A stretch of DNA of 64,000 nucleotides. Source: an uncultured Verrucomicrobiae bacterium. Lineage in GTDB: Bacteria > Verrucomicrobiota > Verrucomicrobiia > Palsa-1439. Every line of letters starts with the position of its first letter. Position 1 is the stretch's first letter. A program made the position numbers and the translations under genes. The notes below the pieces were generated by a model. It saw only the letters and a program-made list of their open reading frames with translations. It made no database searches and had not been told where the DNA came from. The DNA lies in NCBI GenBank assembly GCA_963812605.1, contig CAWEWF010000014.1, positions 64,001 through 128,000 on the forward strand. Reading direction: 5' to 3'. Shown here piece after piece: positions 50,516-61,887 of this stretch.

Positions 50516-51355
50516 TTTCGACAGAAAGAGAACCTCGACCTTCTGGCCGTAGAGTTCCCGCGTGAAATCGAGAATATGCACTTCCAACACCCGGGGCGAT
50601 TGCGCACCCGCGAAAGTAGGGCGCACGCCAATGTTGACCACGCCACCAAACTGTTCCGAACCGATGATGACGCGCACGGCATAGACGCCATCGGGCGGGA
50701 GAACCTCGTCATGGGGATTCAGGTTCGCGGTTGGGAAGCCCAATTCGCGTCCGCGTTGGTTGCCTGCTTCGACGGTGCCGAGAATCGAGAACGTTCGTCC
50801 CAACATCGCGGCAGCGCGTTCGAGTTGGCCCTGCAATACATGCTGTCGAATCGCCGTCGAACTGATCATCTCTTCGCCCAGCATCACCGATTTGATTTCC
50901 CTGGCAACGAAGCCGTATTGTGGTGCAAGCGCCTCCATCAATCGCACATCACCCGCGCGATCGTGGCCGAAGCGGAAGCGGGTGCCGACGCAAATCTCCT
51001 GCAGTTGATTTGTCTGGCGCGCGACCATCTTGATGAATTGTTCCGGCGGCGTGAGCGAGAACGGTTTGTCGAACGTGAGCAACAGGCAGGCGTCCACGCC
51101 GAGTTTGTCAATGAGCGCCAGCTTATGCTCGGTGGAAGTCAGCAGCAGGGGGGCCTTGTCGGGCTGCAGAACCCGCAGCGGGTGCGGGTCAAAGGTTAAC
51201 ACCACCGCGGCGCCGTCCGCCGCTCGCGCGTCATCGCGCGCCTGTCCCATTACGCGCTGGTGGCCCAGATGAACGCCATCGAACACGCCAATGGCCAGGC
51301 ACACCCTTTGGGAGTGCTTCGCCAGTTCTTCGAATGTGCGAAAAACCTGCATCAC
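50423..51355 (-). CDS. ribF: Bifunctional riboflavin kinase/FAD synthetase
   Basis: GVFDGVHLGH, TFDPHP, ISSTAIR, GFPTAN, NIGVRPT, LRDEQKF. Confidence 0.96.
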   Translation of the reverse strand: MMQVFRTFEELAKHSQRVCLAIGVFDGVHLGHQRVMGQARDDARAADGAAVVLTFDPHPLRVLQPDKAPLLLTSTEHKLALIDKLGVDACLLLTFDKPFSLTPPEQFIKMVARQTNQLQEICVGTRFRFGHDRAGDVRLMEALAPQYGFVAREIKSVMLGEEMISSTAIRQHVLQGQLERAAAMLGRTFSILGTVEAGNQRGRELGFPTANLNPHDEVLPPDGVYAVRVIIGSEQFGGVVNIGVRPTFAGAQSPRVLEVHILDFTRELYGQKVEVLFLSKLRDEQKFTSAETLKAQITADVREARKVLGR

Positions 51356-52077
51356 GCAGCATTGGTGCCGACAAACTTCAGGATGGGAATGATGAGCGAT
51401 TTCAATTCTTCACGTGTTTGTGCCAGGACCACCGGGAGCTGGTGGGCGTCGTTTACATCGAATTTTCCGGACCGCGTGCGCCGCAACTCGTGAAGGTGCG
51501 CGCCGCAGCCAAGCAGATCGCCAATGTCCGAACAGATCGTGCGCACATACGTACCCTTGGTGCAGGCCACGCGAAACGTGATACGCGGCAGTTCGATCCC
51601 CATCACGCGAAGATCATAGATGTGAATGTGCCGCGGTTCGCGTTCGACCGTCTTGCCTTTGCGCGCAAGTTTATAGAGCGGCGTGCCCTGATGTTTGACC
51701 GCGCTGACCATCGGCGGAATCTGTTGGATGTCACCGCGGAATTTGGCCAGGACCTCTTCAATATCTTCCGCAGTGAGCGCCGGCACCGGTTTCTCAGCGA
51801 TGATCTCGCCGTCCGCATCCTGCGAATCCGTCGAGACACCGAGGATCATGGCGCCTTCGTACGCCTTGTCATCGGACATCAACCGATCCTGTAGTTTGGT
51901 CGCGCGCTCCAGGACAAGAATCAACAAACCTGTTGCGGCCGGGTCCAGCGTGCCGCAGTGGCCCACCTTCTTGAAGCCGAAGTGACGGCGCACGCGGTCC
52001 ACGACATCGTGCGACGTCATGCCCGCGGGCTTGTCGATCAATAAGACGCCGTCAAATGGTGAAAGCTGCGCTTGCAT
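51352..52077 (-). CDS. truB: tRNA pseudouridine(55) synthase
   Basis: DKP.G.TSHDVV, KVGHCGTLDP.ATG, PPMVSAVK, KGTYVRT. Confidence 0.96.
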   Translation of the reverse strand: MQAQLSPFDGVLLIDKPAGMTSHDVVDRVRRHFGFKKVGHCGTLDPAATGLLILVLERATKLQDRLMSDDKAYEGAMILGVSTDSQDADGEIIAEKPVPALTAEDIEEVLAKFRGDIQQIPPMVSAVKHQGTPLYKLARKGKTVEREPRHIHIYDLRVMGIELPRITFRVACTKGTYVRTICSDIGDLLGCGAHLHELRRTRSGKFDVNDAHQLPVVLAQTREELKSLIIPILKFVGTNAA

Positions 52078-52090
52078 GGGGCCCGGAAGC

Positions 52091-53074
52091 TTACAGTACT
52101 GCCGCAGCCAGCGCTTCGCTCACGGCTGCGAGCACTTTGTGCTCGATCTCGTGTGGTTCGCCCGAAAGGCGCGCGCCAGCAGCTTCGCGATGACCGCCAC
52201 CGCCGAAGCGACGGGCGATGGAATTCACGTCGACCTTCTGGTGTTTCGAGCGCAGGCTGATACGGACCTTGCCCGGCTCGGCCAATTCTTCGAAGAGCAG
52301 CGCCACGACGACGCCTTCAATCGCGCGAGCATAGTCAATCAGCCCTTCCGTGTCTTCGCGCTTGGCGCCGGACTCCTCGAACATCTCGACCGTGACCCAC
52401 GTGTAGGCAATGCGCTTCTGGTCGGTCAACTGGAGCTGCGCGAGCGCCTTTTGGAGCAACATCAGTCGCGCATACGGATAACTCTCGTAGACCTGGCGGC
52501 AAATCTCGCCGACGTTAATTCCGGTGTCCACCAGTTTGGCGGCGACCCGGAGCGACTCGGAGGTTGTGCCGGCGTAACTGAAAGAGCCGGTATCCGTCGA
52601 AATGGCTGCGAACAGGCAGGTCGCGATTTCCTTGGTCAGTTTGAAACCGCCGCGATGGATCAGGTCGTAGGCAATTTGTCCCGCCGCAGGAGCTTCGGGC
52701 ACAATCCAGTTGATTTCGGCGAACTTTTCGTTGCTGACGTGATGGTCAATATTGATGAAGTGCTTCTTGCTGCGAATCCGTTGTGCCGCGGAGCCGACCC
52801 GCTGCCAGGTGGAGGTGTCGATGGCGATGACGACATCAAAATCCTTTGGGTCGGCGGGTGGGCGGGAGATCAAATTGGCCTGCGGCAGAAAACGGAATTT
52901 CGCGGGAACTTCATCGTCATTCCAGGCCTCGACCGTCTTGCCAAGATCCTGGAGCAGCAGCACGAGCGCCAACTGCGAGCCGATCGCGTCGCCGTCGGGG
53001 CGGTAGTGCGTGAGCACCAGGAATGTGGACTGGCTTCGCAGCAACTCGCTGATTTGCTGGACAGGATCACTCAT
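52091..53074 (-). CDS. nrnA: DHH family nanoRNase/pAp phosphatase
   Basis: HYRPDGDA, IDHH, TDTGSF, SLRS, GGGGH..AAG. Confidence 0.92.
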   Translation of the reverse strand: MSDPVQQISELLRSQSTFLVLTHYRPDGDAIGSQLALVLLLQDLGKTVEAWNDDEVPAKFRFLPQANLISRPPADPKDFDVVIAIDTSTWQRVGSAAQRIRSKKHFINIDHHVSNEKFAEINWIVPEAPAAGQIAYDLIHRGGFKLTKEIATCLFAAISTDTGSFSYAGTTSESLRVAAKLVDTGINVGEICRQVYESYPYARLMLLQKALAQLQLTDQKRIAYTWVTVEMFEESGAKREDTEGLIDYARAIEGVVVALLFEELAEPGKVRISLRSKHQKVDVNSIARRFGGGGHREAAGARLSGEPHEIEHKVLAAVSEALAAAVL

Positions 53075-53420
53075 CGGCCGGTTCGCCCCCGAGTTCGTCG
53101 AGCAAATGCTCGATGTGAGTGGCGTGCGCCTCGGTTTCGTCGAGAAAGAACTTCAGCCGCGGTGTGTATTTGAGGACGATGCGGTGCGCCAGCTCGTGCT
53201 GGATGTGGCCATGTCGGCGATCGAGCGTGTCGAGGGCGCGCTGCTTCTGTTCGGCCGAACCGATCACGCTCAGGTAGATCCGCCCGTCCTTGAGGTCGGG
53301 GCTGATCTTGGCGGAGGTGATCGTGACGAAACCGCAATCGGTCAGGTTCAACTCCAGCACGATCTGACTGACCTCGCGCTTGACCAATTCAGAGACTCGT
53401 TCAATTCGGTGGTTGCTCAT
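53067..53420 (-). CDS. rbfA: Ribosome-binding factor A
   Basis: RIERV, VTIT....SPDL, LKYTP.L.F..D; located after infB. Confidence 0.93.
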   Translation of the reverse strand: MSNHRIERVSELVKREVSQIVLELNLTDCGFVTITSAKISPDLKDGRIYLSVIGSAEQKQRALDTLDRRHGHIQHELAHRIVLKYTPRLKFFLDETEAHATHIEHLLDELGGEPADE

Positions 53421-53512
53421 GGTAATGTTGGCCCAAGAAAAGGGAAGAGCGGGCGACAGGACCTGGATCATTCCGTGTTTCGTCCTCCGCGTTGGGCGGT
53501 TGAGTTTTGGGT

Positions 53513-55846
53513 TTACAGACTCGCCGCGACTTTTTCGACCGTGTAGCACTCCAGGATGTCGCCTTCCTGGATTCCAGGGAAATTCTCCAGCCGCAAGCCA
53601 CACTCCGACCCGGCTTTGGCCTCCCTGACGTCGTCTTGAAAATGTTTCAGGCTCGAGATGCGTCCCTCATACTGCACGGCCTTGCGACGCAGCAATCGGG
53701 CCCGCGCGCTCCGCGCGATGCGGCCATCAGTGACCACGCAACCCGCCACCGGCGGGCCCTTGGAAAGCTCGAATACCTTCCGCACTTCCGCGTGGCCGAT
53801 CACGACTTCCTTGGAATCGGGCTCCAGCAGGCCTTCCATCGATTCCTCGACCTGCTCTATCAACTCATAAATGATGGTGTACAACTTGATCTGCACATCC
53901 TCGTGCTTCGCCGCATCCGTGACGCCACTTTCTGGTTTCACGCGAAACCCAATGATCACGGCGGACGAAGCGCTGGCGAGCAGGACGTCGTTTTCCGTGA
54001 TGCTGCCGACCGCGCCATGGATGATTTCGAGTTCGATCTTCTCGCTCTTCAGTTTGCCCAGCGAATCGGCGATGGCTTCGAGCGAGCCTTGCACGTCGGC
54101 CTTGAGGACGAGGTGCAGCTTCTTGCGCTCGCCGTCCTTGAATTGCGTAAAGAGATCTTCGAGCCGTGAACCGCGCGCCTGTCCCAGGATCGCGCCCCGC
54201 GCCTCGAGTTCGCGCTGTTCGCTGAGGGCGCGGGCTTCTTTGTCGTTTTTCATGGCTGTGAACTCCGCGCCGGCATCGGGCAAACCGGAGAGGCCGACAA
54301 CCTTGACCGGCGTGGAGGGCGGCGCCTCCTTGATGCGCTGGCCTTTGTCGTTGATCAACGCGCGGATCTTCGCCCAGAACGGGCCGACCACGATGCCATC
54401 GCCCACGTGCAACGTGCCTTTGCGCACCAGCACGGTGGCGGTCGGTCCCATCCCCGGCTCGATCTGCGCCTCGATCACGTTGCCGCGCGCCGGGACTTTC
54501 GGGCTGGCTTTCAATTCCATGATCTCGGCTTGCAAGAGGATCATTTCCAGCAGCGTATCGATACCCTTCTTCGTCGTCGCGGAAACCTCGACGGTGATGG
54601 TTTCGCCGCCCCAGGATTCGGGACTAAGCCCGTGCTCTTGCAGTTGCTTTTTCACGCGGTCGGGATTGGCGGTCGGCAAATCGCATTTGTTGATGGCCAC
54701 GAGGATCGGCACCTGGGCGGCCTTGGCGTGATTGAGGGCCTCGATGGTCTGCGGCATGATGCCGTCGTCCGCGGCGACGACGAGGATCACGATGTCCGTG
54801 ACATTCGCGCCGCGCGCCCGCATCTTTGTGAAGGCCTCATGGCCGGGCGTGTCGAGGAACGTGATGGTCTTGCCTTCTGGCAGGGAGACGACACTGGCGC
54901 CAATGTGCTGCGTGATGCCGCCGCTCTCGTGGGCAACCACGTCCGTCGTTCGAATCGCATCGAGCAGCGAAGTTTTGCCATGGTCGACGTGACCCATGAC
55001 GGTGACCACCGGCGGGCGCGGCATCAGGTCGGTGGCTTGTTCTCCCACCTCGAGCGGCTCGACTTTCTTCGGCGGGGCGTGGACCGTGCCGGCGCCGCGT
55101 TCGCGCTTTTCCAGCTCGAAGAGGAAGCCGTGACGTTCACAAATCTTGCGCGCAATGTCTTCGCCAATGGTTTCCGACGGGTTGGCGAAAACATTCATGG
55201 TCATTAACTCGGCCAGCAGGACATGCGACTTGATGCCGATGCGCTGGGCGAAGTCCCGCACGATCACCGGCGGCTTCATTTGCACAACCTTGTTGCCCTT
55301 GTCGTCCACGATAAACGCGGGTTGCGTCGGCGTCGCTGGCGCATGGGCAGTCGGTCGTGGCGCGGGAGCGGGCGGTGCCACTGGTCGGTGCGCCGTCGTG
55401 ATCTTCACGGTCGGCTGCGGCGCGGGAGCCGGCCTCGGGGGCGCCGGAGTCGGTGTGGGTTTTGGAGCGGCGACCGGCGCCGGTGCGGGCGCCTGGGACA
55501 TCGGCGGTGTCACGACGGTCTTTGCCGGAGCCAGTTGGGGCGGTTCTGTGACGGCTTTTGGCGGTTCGGCAAGAGGCGCGGGTGGCGGAATGGTGGCGAC
55601 CACCGCGGCGCCGTCGTTTTTCTCAGCGGCTACAGCCGCCGGTGTTGCGGCCGGGGAGGCGGGCGCTTCGGGTGCGGCCGGTGGCGGCGCGACGTATCCG
55701 TATTCCTTTTCAATCGACTCGGCGGTGATCTTGTCGACGGTGCTGGAGTGGCTCTTCACGGGATAGTTCATCGTGTGCAGCTTTTCGATCATGTCCTTGT
55801 TCGAAAGGCCGCACCGCTTTGCCAACTCGTGTACGCGAATACTCAT
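53513..55846 (-). CDS. infB: Translation initiation factor IF-2
   Basis: [43 protein letters not shown]. Confidence 0.98.
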   Translation of the reverse strand: MSIRVHELAKRCGLSNKDMIEKLHTMNYPVKSHSSTVDKITAESIEKEYGYVAPPPAAPEAPASPAATPAAVAAEKNDGAAVVATIPPPAPLAEPPKAVTEPPQLAPAKTVVTPPMSQAPAPAPVAAPKPTPTPAPPRPAPAPQPTVKITTAHRPVAPPAPAPRPTAHAPATPTQPAFIVDDKGNKVVQMKPPVIVRDFAQRIGIKSHVLLAELMTMNVFANPSETIGEDIARKICERHGFLFELEKRERGAGTVHAPPKKVEPLEVGEQATDLMPRPPVVTVMGHVDHGKTSLLDAIRTTDVVAHESGGITQHIGASVVSLPEGKTITFLDTPGHEAFTKMRARGANVTDIVILVVAADDGIMPQTIEALNHAKAAQVPILVAINKCDLPTANPDRVKKQLQEHGLSPESWGGETITVEVSATTKKGIDTLLEMILLQAEIMELKASPKVPARGNVIEAQIEPGMGPTATVLVRKGTLHVGDGIVVGPFWAKIRALINDKGQRIKEAPPSTPVKVVGLSGLPDAGAEFTAMKNDKEARALSEQRELEARGAILGQARGSRLEDLFTQFKDGERKKLHLVLKADVQGSLEAIADSLGKLKSEKIELEIIHGAVGSITENDVLLASASSAVIIGFRVKPESGVTDAAKHEDVQIKLYTIIYELIEQVEESMEGLLEPDSKEVVIGHAEVRKVFELSKGPPVAGCVVTDGRIARSARARLLRRKAVQYEGRISSLKHFQDDVREAKAGSECGLRLENFPGIQEGDILECYTVEKVAASL

Positions 55847-57144
55847 TACGCCTTTGGTTCACCCTCCGCCTTCGGTTCATCCTCCGTGGGCTGGGCCGCT
55901 TCGCGCCGTTCCTGCTCCGCATTGGCGGCCTGTTGCGCCGCCGCTGCTTTTTCCGCGCCCAAAATATCGGTCAGATCATTCAGGTCCGCCGCGAGCAATC
56001 CTTCCAGGGAATGGAAACCGCCCTTGACCAGACCCTCAGCCGTCTCACGATCAATTCCCTGGATCGTCATGATCTCTTGTATCGCGCGCGCAACTTTCTC
56101 TTCGAAGCCCAGTTCCGCCGTCTCTTCCTTCTCAATCTCTATGTTCCAACTGGTCAGCTTGGCGGTCAAGCGCGCGTTCTGGCCTTTTTTGCCGATGGCC
56201 AGGGAAAGCTGGTCGGGGTCAACGATGATTTTCACGGAATGCCGCGCCTCGTCGATGACGAGATTCCGCAGCTTGGCCGGGGCCAGCGCGTTGGTGACGT
56301 ACTGCCGAACATTCGGGTCCCAACGGATGATATCGATTTTTTCGCCGCTGAGTTCGCGGACGATGTTTTTCACACGCATCCCGCGCATGCCGACGCAGGC
56401 GCCAACGGGGTCGACTTTCTCGTCGTGCGACAAGACGGCAATCTTCGTCCGATAACCCGCTTCGCGCGCGATGCCTTTGATCTCGACCGTCTTGTCGGCG
56501 ATTTCCGAGACTTCGAGTTCAAAAAGTTTGCGGACAAAATCGGGATGGCTGCGGGAAAGGACGATCTCCGGGCCGTGCGCGGCATTTTCGACGCTCAGCG
56601 TGTAGGCGCGGATGCGGTCGCCCGGTTGGTACTCTTCGGTGGGCACGCGCTCGCGGCTGGGCATGATGCCTTCGATCTTGCCCAGGTCGATGATGACGTC
56701 GCTGCGTTCGAAGCGGCGCACCGTGCCGGAAAGGATGTCGCCGGCGCGGCCCTTGAACTCCTCGAACACCATGTTCTTTTCGACCTGGCGGATGCGCTGG
56801 AGCATCGCCTGCTTGGCGGTTTGCGCGGCGATGCGCCCAAAATTCTGCGGCGTGACCTCGATTTCGATGTTTTCACCGAGCTGGGCGGCCGGAAACCGAC
56901 GGCGCGCGTCCGCCAACGAAATCTCATCGTGCTTGTTGACGACATTCTCGACCACCAGTTGCTTGGCGAGGGCGCGAATCACGCCCGTCTTACGGTCGAT
57001 TTCAATGCGGAGATCGCGTGCGGGACCGACACTTTTCTTGGACGCTTGCAGCAAAGCCTGCTCGACGGCCTCAAACAGGATTTCCCTGTCAATGCCTTTT
57101 TCGCGCTGAAAATATTCTACTGCGACTATTAGTTCACCGCTCAT
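55846..57144 (-). CDS. nusA: Transcription termination factor NusA
   Basis: FGRIAAQTAKQ, LSRSHP, AREAG.RTKIAV, DPVGACVG, LSLAIGKKGQNARL. Confidence 0.97.
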   Translation of the reverse strand: MSGELIVAVEYFQREKGIDREILFEAVEQALLQASKKSVGPARDLRIEIDRKTGVIRALAKQLVVENVVNKHDEISLADARRRFPAAQLGENIEIEVTPQNFGRIAAQTAKQAMLQRIRQVEKNMVFEEFKGRAGDILSGTVRRFERSDVIIDLGKIEGIMPSRERVPTEEYQPGDRIRAYTLSVENAAHGPEIVLSRSHPDFVRKLFELEVSEIADKTVEIKGIAREAGYRTKIAVLSHDEKVDPVGACVGMRGMRVKNIVRELSGEKIDIIRWDPNVRQYVTNALAPAKLRNLVIDEARHSVKIIVDPDQLSLAIGKKGQNARLTAKLTSWNIEIEKEETAELGFEEKVARAIQEIMTIQGIDRETAEGLVKGGFHSLEGLLAADLNDLTDILGAEKAAAAQQAANAEQERREAAQPTEDEPKAEGEPKA

Positions 57145-57185
57145 AAGCGTTCCGTATCCTTCGTCGGCACAACCCTTTCAGGGAA

Positions 57186-57210
57186 CAAAAAAGTGGGTTT
57201 TTGACCCACT
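57186..57210 (-). terminator. Leader attenuator hairpin upstream of nusA (rimP/ylxS-leader-like)
   Basis: Minus strand AGTGGGT-CAAAA-ACCCACT-TTTTTG, about 40 nt upstream of nusA start. Confidence 0.65.
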
Positions 57211-57334
57211 GGTTCCATACCGCCAAAATCTACCCGCAAAATATAGGTGAATCACCGGAATCGGTCAAGCTCATATCAAGCCGGGCGTAACGGGCTTGTT
57301 TTGCGACGCGCCGGGCCCTTACAATGCGCGGCCA

Positions 57335-57960
57335 ATGAACCTGCCGAACAGGTTGACCGTCGCCCGCATCGTCCTGACCGTATATTTTGTCATGGCCCTG
57401 CTGTTGCCGCCGGCTGGCTGGATCCGCTCGCATTTCCCGTTTGGGAAGACGACGGCGCTGATTATCTTTGTTGTGGCGAGCCTGACGGACTGGTGGGACG
57501 GCTGGTACGCTCGGCGGCACAATATGGAGACGAGCTTCGGCATGCTGTTGGACCCGCTGGCTGATAAAATCCTGACGACGGCGGCTTTCATCTGCTTTAT
57601 CGAGCAGCCCAGCTACCGACCGGGCGTGCCATTGGTCCAGGCGTGGATGGTGCTGGTGATCGTGGCGCGGGAATTCCTCGTCACGGGACTGCGATTGTTG
57701 GCCGTCCAACAGGGCGTCGTGCTGCGCGCCGAGCGGCTGGGCAAACACAAGACCGTCTCGCAAATGGTGACGATTATTTTCATCCTGCTTGGATTGGCCG
57801 CCCGTGAGGATTGGAATTGTTTTGGCTGGAGCCTCAGCGGTTCAACGTGATATTTTCACGGTCGGCGTTCGGGTTGATGCTGTTGACCGTTGGGCTGACG
57901 CTTCTCTCGGGCATCGTCTATTTCTACAAGAACGGGGAACGCTTCCTTCATGATGCGTGA
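57335..57960 (+). CDS. pgsA: CDP-diacylglycerol--glycerol-3-phosphate 3-phosphatidyltransferase, frameshift near 57835
   Basis: NLPN.LT..R, TDWWDG..AR, FG.LLDPLADK, REFLVTGLR, GK.KT..QM. Confidence 0.92.
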
Positions 57961-58421
57961 TCGACTTGTCAAATTCGTGGCAACTGGCTTTGGGGTTGGT
58001 TATGTGCCGGTGGCACCGGGTATCCGCCGGCTCGCTGGTGGGGATCGGCTTCTGGTGGGCGCTGAACCAAACGCAGCATGTCTGGCTGCGCGGTCTATTA
58101 CTGGTGCTCGCCATTGCGCTGGCCGTGTGGTTCGCGGGCGCCGCTGCGGAATTGATGCATCATCCCGACCCGTCGAGTGTCGTGATCGACGAGATCGTGG
58201 CGATGCCCCTGGTGATGATCGGTTTGGGCGCGCGTTGGTGGCATGTGGTTGTGGCGTTTGCGCTCTTTCGTCTTTTCGACATTTGGAAACCACCACCCGT
58301 TCGTGAAGCGGAGGATTTTTCAGGAGGGATTGGAATCGTGTTGGATGATCTGTTGGCCGCCGCCTATGCTTGCCTGGCGACGCATCTGGTCGTGTATTTG
58401 GTCAGTTTGACGGGGCGTTGA
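57953..58421 (+). CDS. pgpA: Phosphatidylglycerophosphatase A, frameshift near 58022
   Basis: ATGFGVGY.P.APG, DPSSVVIDE, FRLFDIWKP, GG.GI.LDD..A. Confidence 0.92.
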
Positions 58422-58653
58422 GCTTGGCGAGGAAAACCTCGAGCTGGCCGGTGTCGAAGTTGGCAAGGACATGACCATCCACGACGATGGTGGGAACAAA
58501 ACGCTGGCCGGAAAGACGCCGCATCTCCTTGTCGGCAGCCGCGTCGCAGCCCACGTCAATTTCCTCAAACGCGATGCCGTGCGCCTTCAAATAATCCTTG
58601 GCTTCAACGCACCAGCCGCACCAATTGCGCGAGTAAAGTTTGACGTGCCGCAT
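58402..58653 (-). CDS. Glutaredoxin family protein (intact copy)
   Basis: WCGWC active site, SGQ..VPTI.VDG. Confidence 0.9.
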   Translation of the reverse strand: MRHVKLYSRNWCGWCVEAKDYLKAHGIAFEEIDVGCDAAADKEMRRLSGQRFVPTIVVDGHVLANFDTGQLEVFLAKLNAPSN

Positions 58654-58666
58654 GATTTTTCCTTGT
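58488..58666. repeat. 179-bp direct repeat, copy 1 (5' part of glutaredoxin gene)
   Basis: Matches 60064-60242 at offset 1576 with about 8 substitutions. Confidence 0.92.
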
Positions 58667-58985
58667 TATTAAGATGCACAAGTGGAAAAGGAAGTCGCAC
58701 TATAATGCACAAGTCGAAGTAGAGGAAGGAGAGGTTTTTTGAGCATTCCTTCCATCTCGTTTCGTTGTCGCCCGTTCAGACTTCTCGCTCAACGTTTTGG
58801 CCCTGTGATAACGTGTCGGATTTTGCGGCGAAATAGCAAACTGTTGGAAAAGCACCATTTGTCATGAAAACTGGTGTGATTTCTGTGGACGGTGGCTGCG
58901 AATTGGCTGGTTGCAGAGGTACGAGTCCTGCCTGCGAGGGCTCTTGCTTGGTGAAGTGGATTTGGTACGCTAATATCTTGACCGT

Positions 58986-59297
58986 ATGGAGATTCCATCT
59001 TCACAGTGCCCTGTAACAGAGTTGAAGCCCCGTGGCTGGCCTTACGCATTGGAGAGCGTCGTTGCATTGCTTCTTATGGGATTCTTCATCCCCATTAATT
59101 ATCCAGGTGGGCATGGTCATCCGTACTGTGGAGTTAATGGTGCAGCATTTGCAGTGTTATGCGCTGCCATCTGTTGCCACGGATATCTGTGGTGTCCCCG
59201 ACATCTGCTTTGGGCGAAGGCCGTCACCTTCATTTCCCTCACACTTTCCTTGAGTTTCACCATGTGGTGCGTGCTTACGTACATTTTGCACACTTGA
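58986..59297 (+). CDS. Small hypothetical membrane protein
   Basis: Three hydrophobic segments in an AT-richer insert; no family recognised. Confidence 0.4.
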   Translation: MEIPSSQCPVTELKPRGWPYALESVVALLLMGFFIPINYPGGHGHPYCGVNGAAFAVLCAAICCHGYLWCPRHLLWAKAVTFISLTLSLSFTMWCVLTYILHT

Positions 59298-59526
59298 GTC
59301 GCTTCACTTGCCGAGTTGCTCTAGTAAATACGGAAACCTTTGTGAGTTGAAACCGCAAGGTTCGCAAACCGTCCAAAGCGGGGAGTCTCGGAAGTGGCGG
59401 GAGGCAGGGTTAGAATTGAGGCGGAGAGGGGCCAGCGCAAGGGGTTCACCCCTGCGCGGCCCCTCCGCCCCTGAAGTGTGTTAGATGACGAGCTGACGGG
59501 GTGCAAGGAGCGGCGAGGTGGGGGGG

Positions 59527-59763
59527 CTACGGGCGGCGTCGGGACGCAATCCAGAGGTCGAACATGGCGGGCCTGTCGGAAAAGTGACGGTGGCATCGTC
59601 GGCAGAGACAAATCCCATTGTCGAGGACAAGTTGGAGGGACGGCGTGCGGGAACGGGGGATGATGTGGGCGGCGTCCAGATTTGTCTCGGAGCGGCAGTG
59701 TTGGCAGCACCACTCGTCTCTGTCGAGGACGGCGAAGAACCAATCGTGGAGGTTGTGAATCAT
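59527..59763 (-). CDS. Small HNH endonuclease
   Basis: RD...CQHC...AAHIIPR...NGICLCRRCH. Confidence 0.8.
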   Translation of the reverse strand: MIHNLHDWFFAVLDRDEWCCQHCRSETNLDAAHIIPRSRTPSLQLVLDNGICLCRRCHRHFSDRPAMFDLWIASRRRP

Positions 59764-60013
59764 CGGGGCCTTTCCGCGAGAACGACTCGCTGTTGAAAAG
59801 AGCGCACCCCGTAGTTTTTTTTCGAGGGGAGAGGGGCGGAAAAAAATGTCAAGGAGGAACGCACCGCAGACGGCGGGGGGAGGGGGTCGAGGAGCGTAGT
59901 ATCCTTGACACTCGCGAAGGGGTAGAATCGAAGACCAGCGAGGAGAGCCTAAAATCAATCGAGTCGGACGAGTCAGCTAGGCGAGGGGGTTCGGTCGTGT
60001 CGTTGGGAGGTCT

Positions 60014-60229
60014 TTAGGGATTCAGCGCCAAGAGAGCATGAGACTGGAGAGGGGAACTACATTTGGTGGGAACGAAACGCTGGCCGGAAATACGCCGCAT
60101 CTCTTGGTCAGCAGCCGCGTCGCAACCCACGTCAATTTCCTCAAACGCGATGCCGTGGGCCTTCAAGTAATCCTTGGCTTCAACGCACCAGCCGCACCAA
60201 TTGCGCGAGTAAAGTTTGACGTGCCGCAT
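60014..60229 (-). pseudogene. 3'-truncated glutaredoxin copy
   Basis: Same N-terminus to ...RFVPT then unrelated tail; repeat copy 2 at 60064-60242. Confidence 0.85.
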
Positions 60230-60304
60230 GATTTTTCCTTGTGAATCGCCCGCTAACATCGCAGATTGGATGCCGTTTGCAACCTTACGGTTGCGGGTAA
60301 ACTC

Positions 60305-61887
60305 ATGAAAATCCTGATTGCCGATCCAATCTCAAAGCGCGGTGTCGAGTTGCTGCGGGCCAACAAGGCCTTCCAAGTCGATGAAAATGTCGGCCTGAAA
60401 GAGGACGCGCTCTGCGAAATCATTGGCGGGTACGACGCGCTCATCGTGCGCAGCCAGACCAAGGTCAACAAGCGCGTCATCGAGGCCGCGAAGAAACTTC
60501 GCGTGGTCGGTCGCGCCGGCGTTGGCGTCGATAATGTCGACGTGGACGCGGCCACGCGCCGGGGCATCATCGTGATGAACACGCCCGGCGGCAATACCAT
60601 CTCCACCGCGGAGCACACGTTCTCGATGATGATGGCGCTGGCCCGCAATATCCCACAGGCCCACATGTCGATGAAGGCGGGGAAGTGGGACCGCAAATCT
60701 TTTGAAGGCGTCGAACTCTACAACAAGACGCTCGGCATCATCGGCATGGGACGTATCGGCACGGAAGTGGCCCGGCGGGCGATTGCGTTCGGGATGCGGG
60801 TGTTGACGTATGATCCGTTCCTGAGCCTCAGCCGCGCGAAGGCACTGCAAGTCGAAGTCGTGGAACTCGACGAGATCTACAAGCGCTCGGATTTCATCAC
60901 CGTGCATGTCCCGATGACCGACCAGACGCGCGGGATGATCAACAAAGACACGATTGCGAAGATGAAGAACGGCGTGCGGCTGATCAATTGCGCGCGCGGC
61001 GGCATCATCAACGAGAAAGATTTGTACGACGCCATTAAGAGCGGCAAGGTCGCCGGTGCCGCGCTCGACGTATATGAGCAGGAGCCGCCGAAGGATTCTC
61101 CATTGTGGAATTGCCGCAGGTGGTGATGACCCCGCATCTGGCGGCGTCAACCACGGAAGCGCAGGAATCGGTCGGTGTCGAGGTGGCCGAGCAGATTGCC
61201 GATGTGCTGGCGGGCGGCACCATCCGCAACGCCGTGAACATGCCGACCATCGATGCGAAAGTGCTGGCCGTGCTGCAGCCCTACCTGACGTTTGGCGAGA
61301 AGATGGGCCGGCTGTTGGCCCAGATCGCGCCGCGACGCATCGAGCGGTTGTCGATTGAGTTTTGCGGCAAGGCGGGCGAGTTGGAGAGCGGCCCGATTGG
61401 GCGGGCGGTGTTGAAGGGGTTTCTTGAAAACGCCCAGGGCGGCGACGTGAATTACGTCAATGCTCCCGTGATTGCGCAAACGCTCGGCATTCGCGTTGGC
61501 GAAGTGAAGAGCAGTGAGCCGATTGATTATGCGGAGTTGATCAACGTCCGCGCGTTTGTAGAAGGGCAGGTGGCGAGCGTTTCCGGGACGTTTTACGGTT
61601 CGCCGAACAATCCGCGCATCGTCCGCATCAACGACCGGCCCGTCGAGGCCGTGCCGCACGGCGTGCTGTTCATCATGAGCAACAAGGACCGGCCCGGCAT
61701 CGTCGGCTGGATCGGCACGACCATGGGCAAACACGGCGTCAACATCGCCAGCATGTCCCTCGGTCGCGATAAAGAAGGCGGCCAGGCCCTCACCGTCCTG
61801 AACCTCGACAGCCCCCCCAGCGACGCCCTCCTCGCCGAGATCCGCAAAGACAAGGACATCTTCGACGTGAAGGTGGCGAAGCTGTGA
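60305..61887 (+). CDS. serA: D-3-phosphoglycerate dehydrogenase with ASB/ACT domains, frameshift near 61105
   Basis: RAGVGVDNVD, GMGRIG, NCARGG, TPHLAAST.EAQ, DRPGIVG. Confidence 0.95.
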
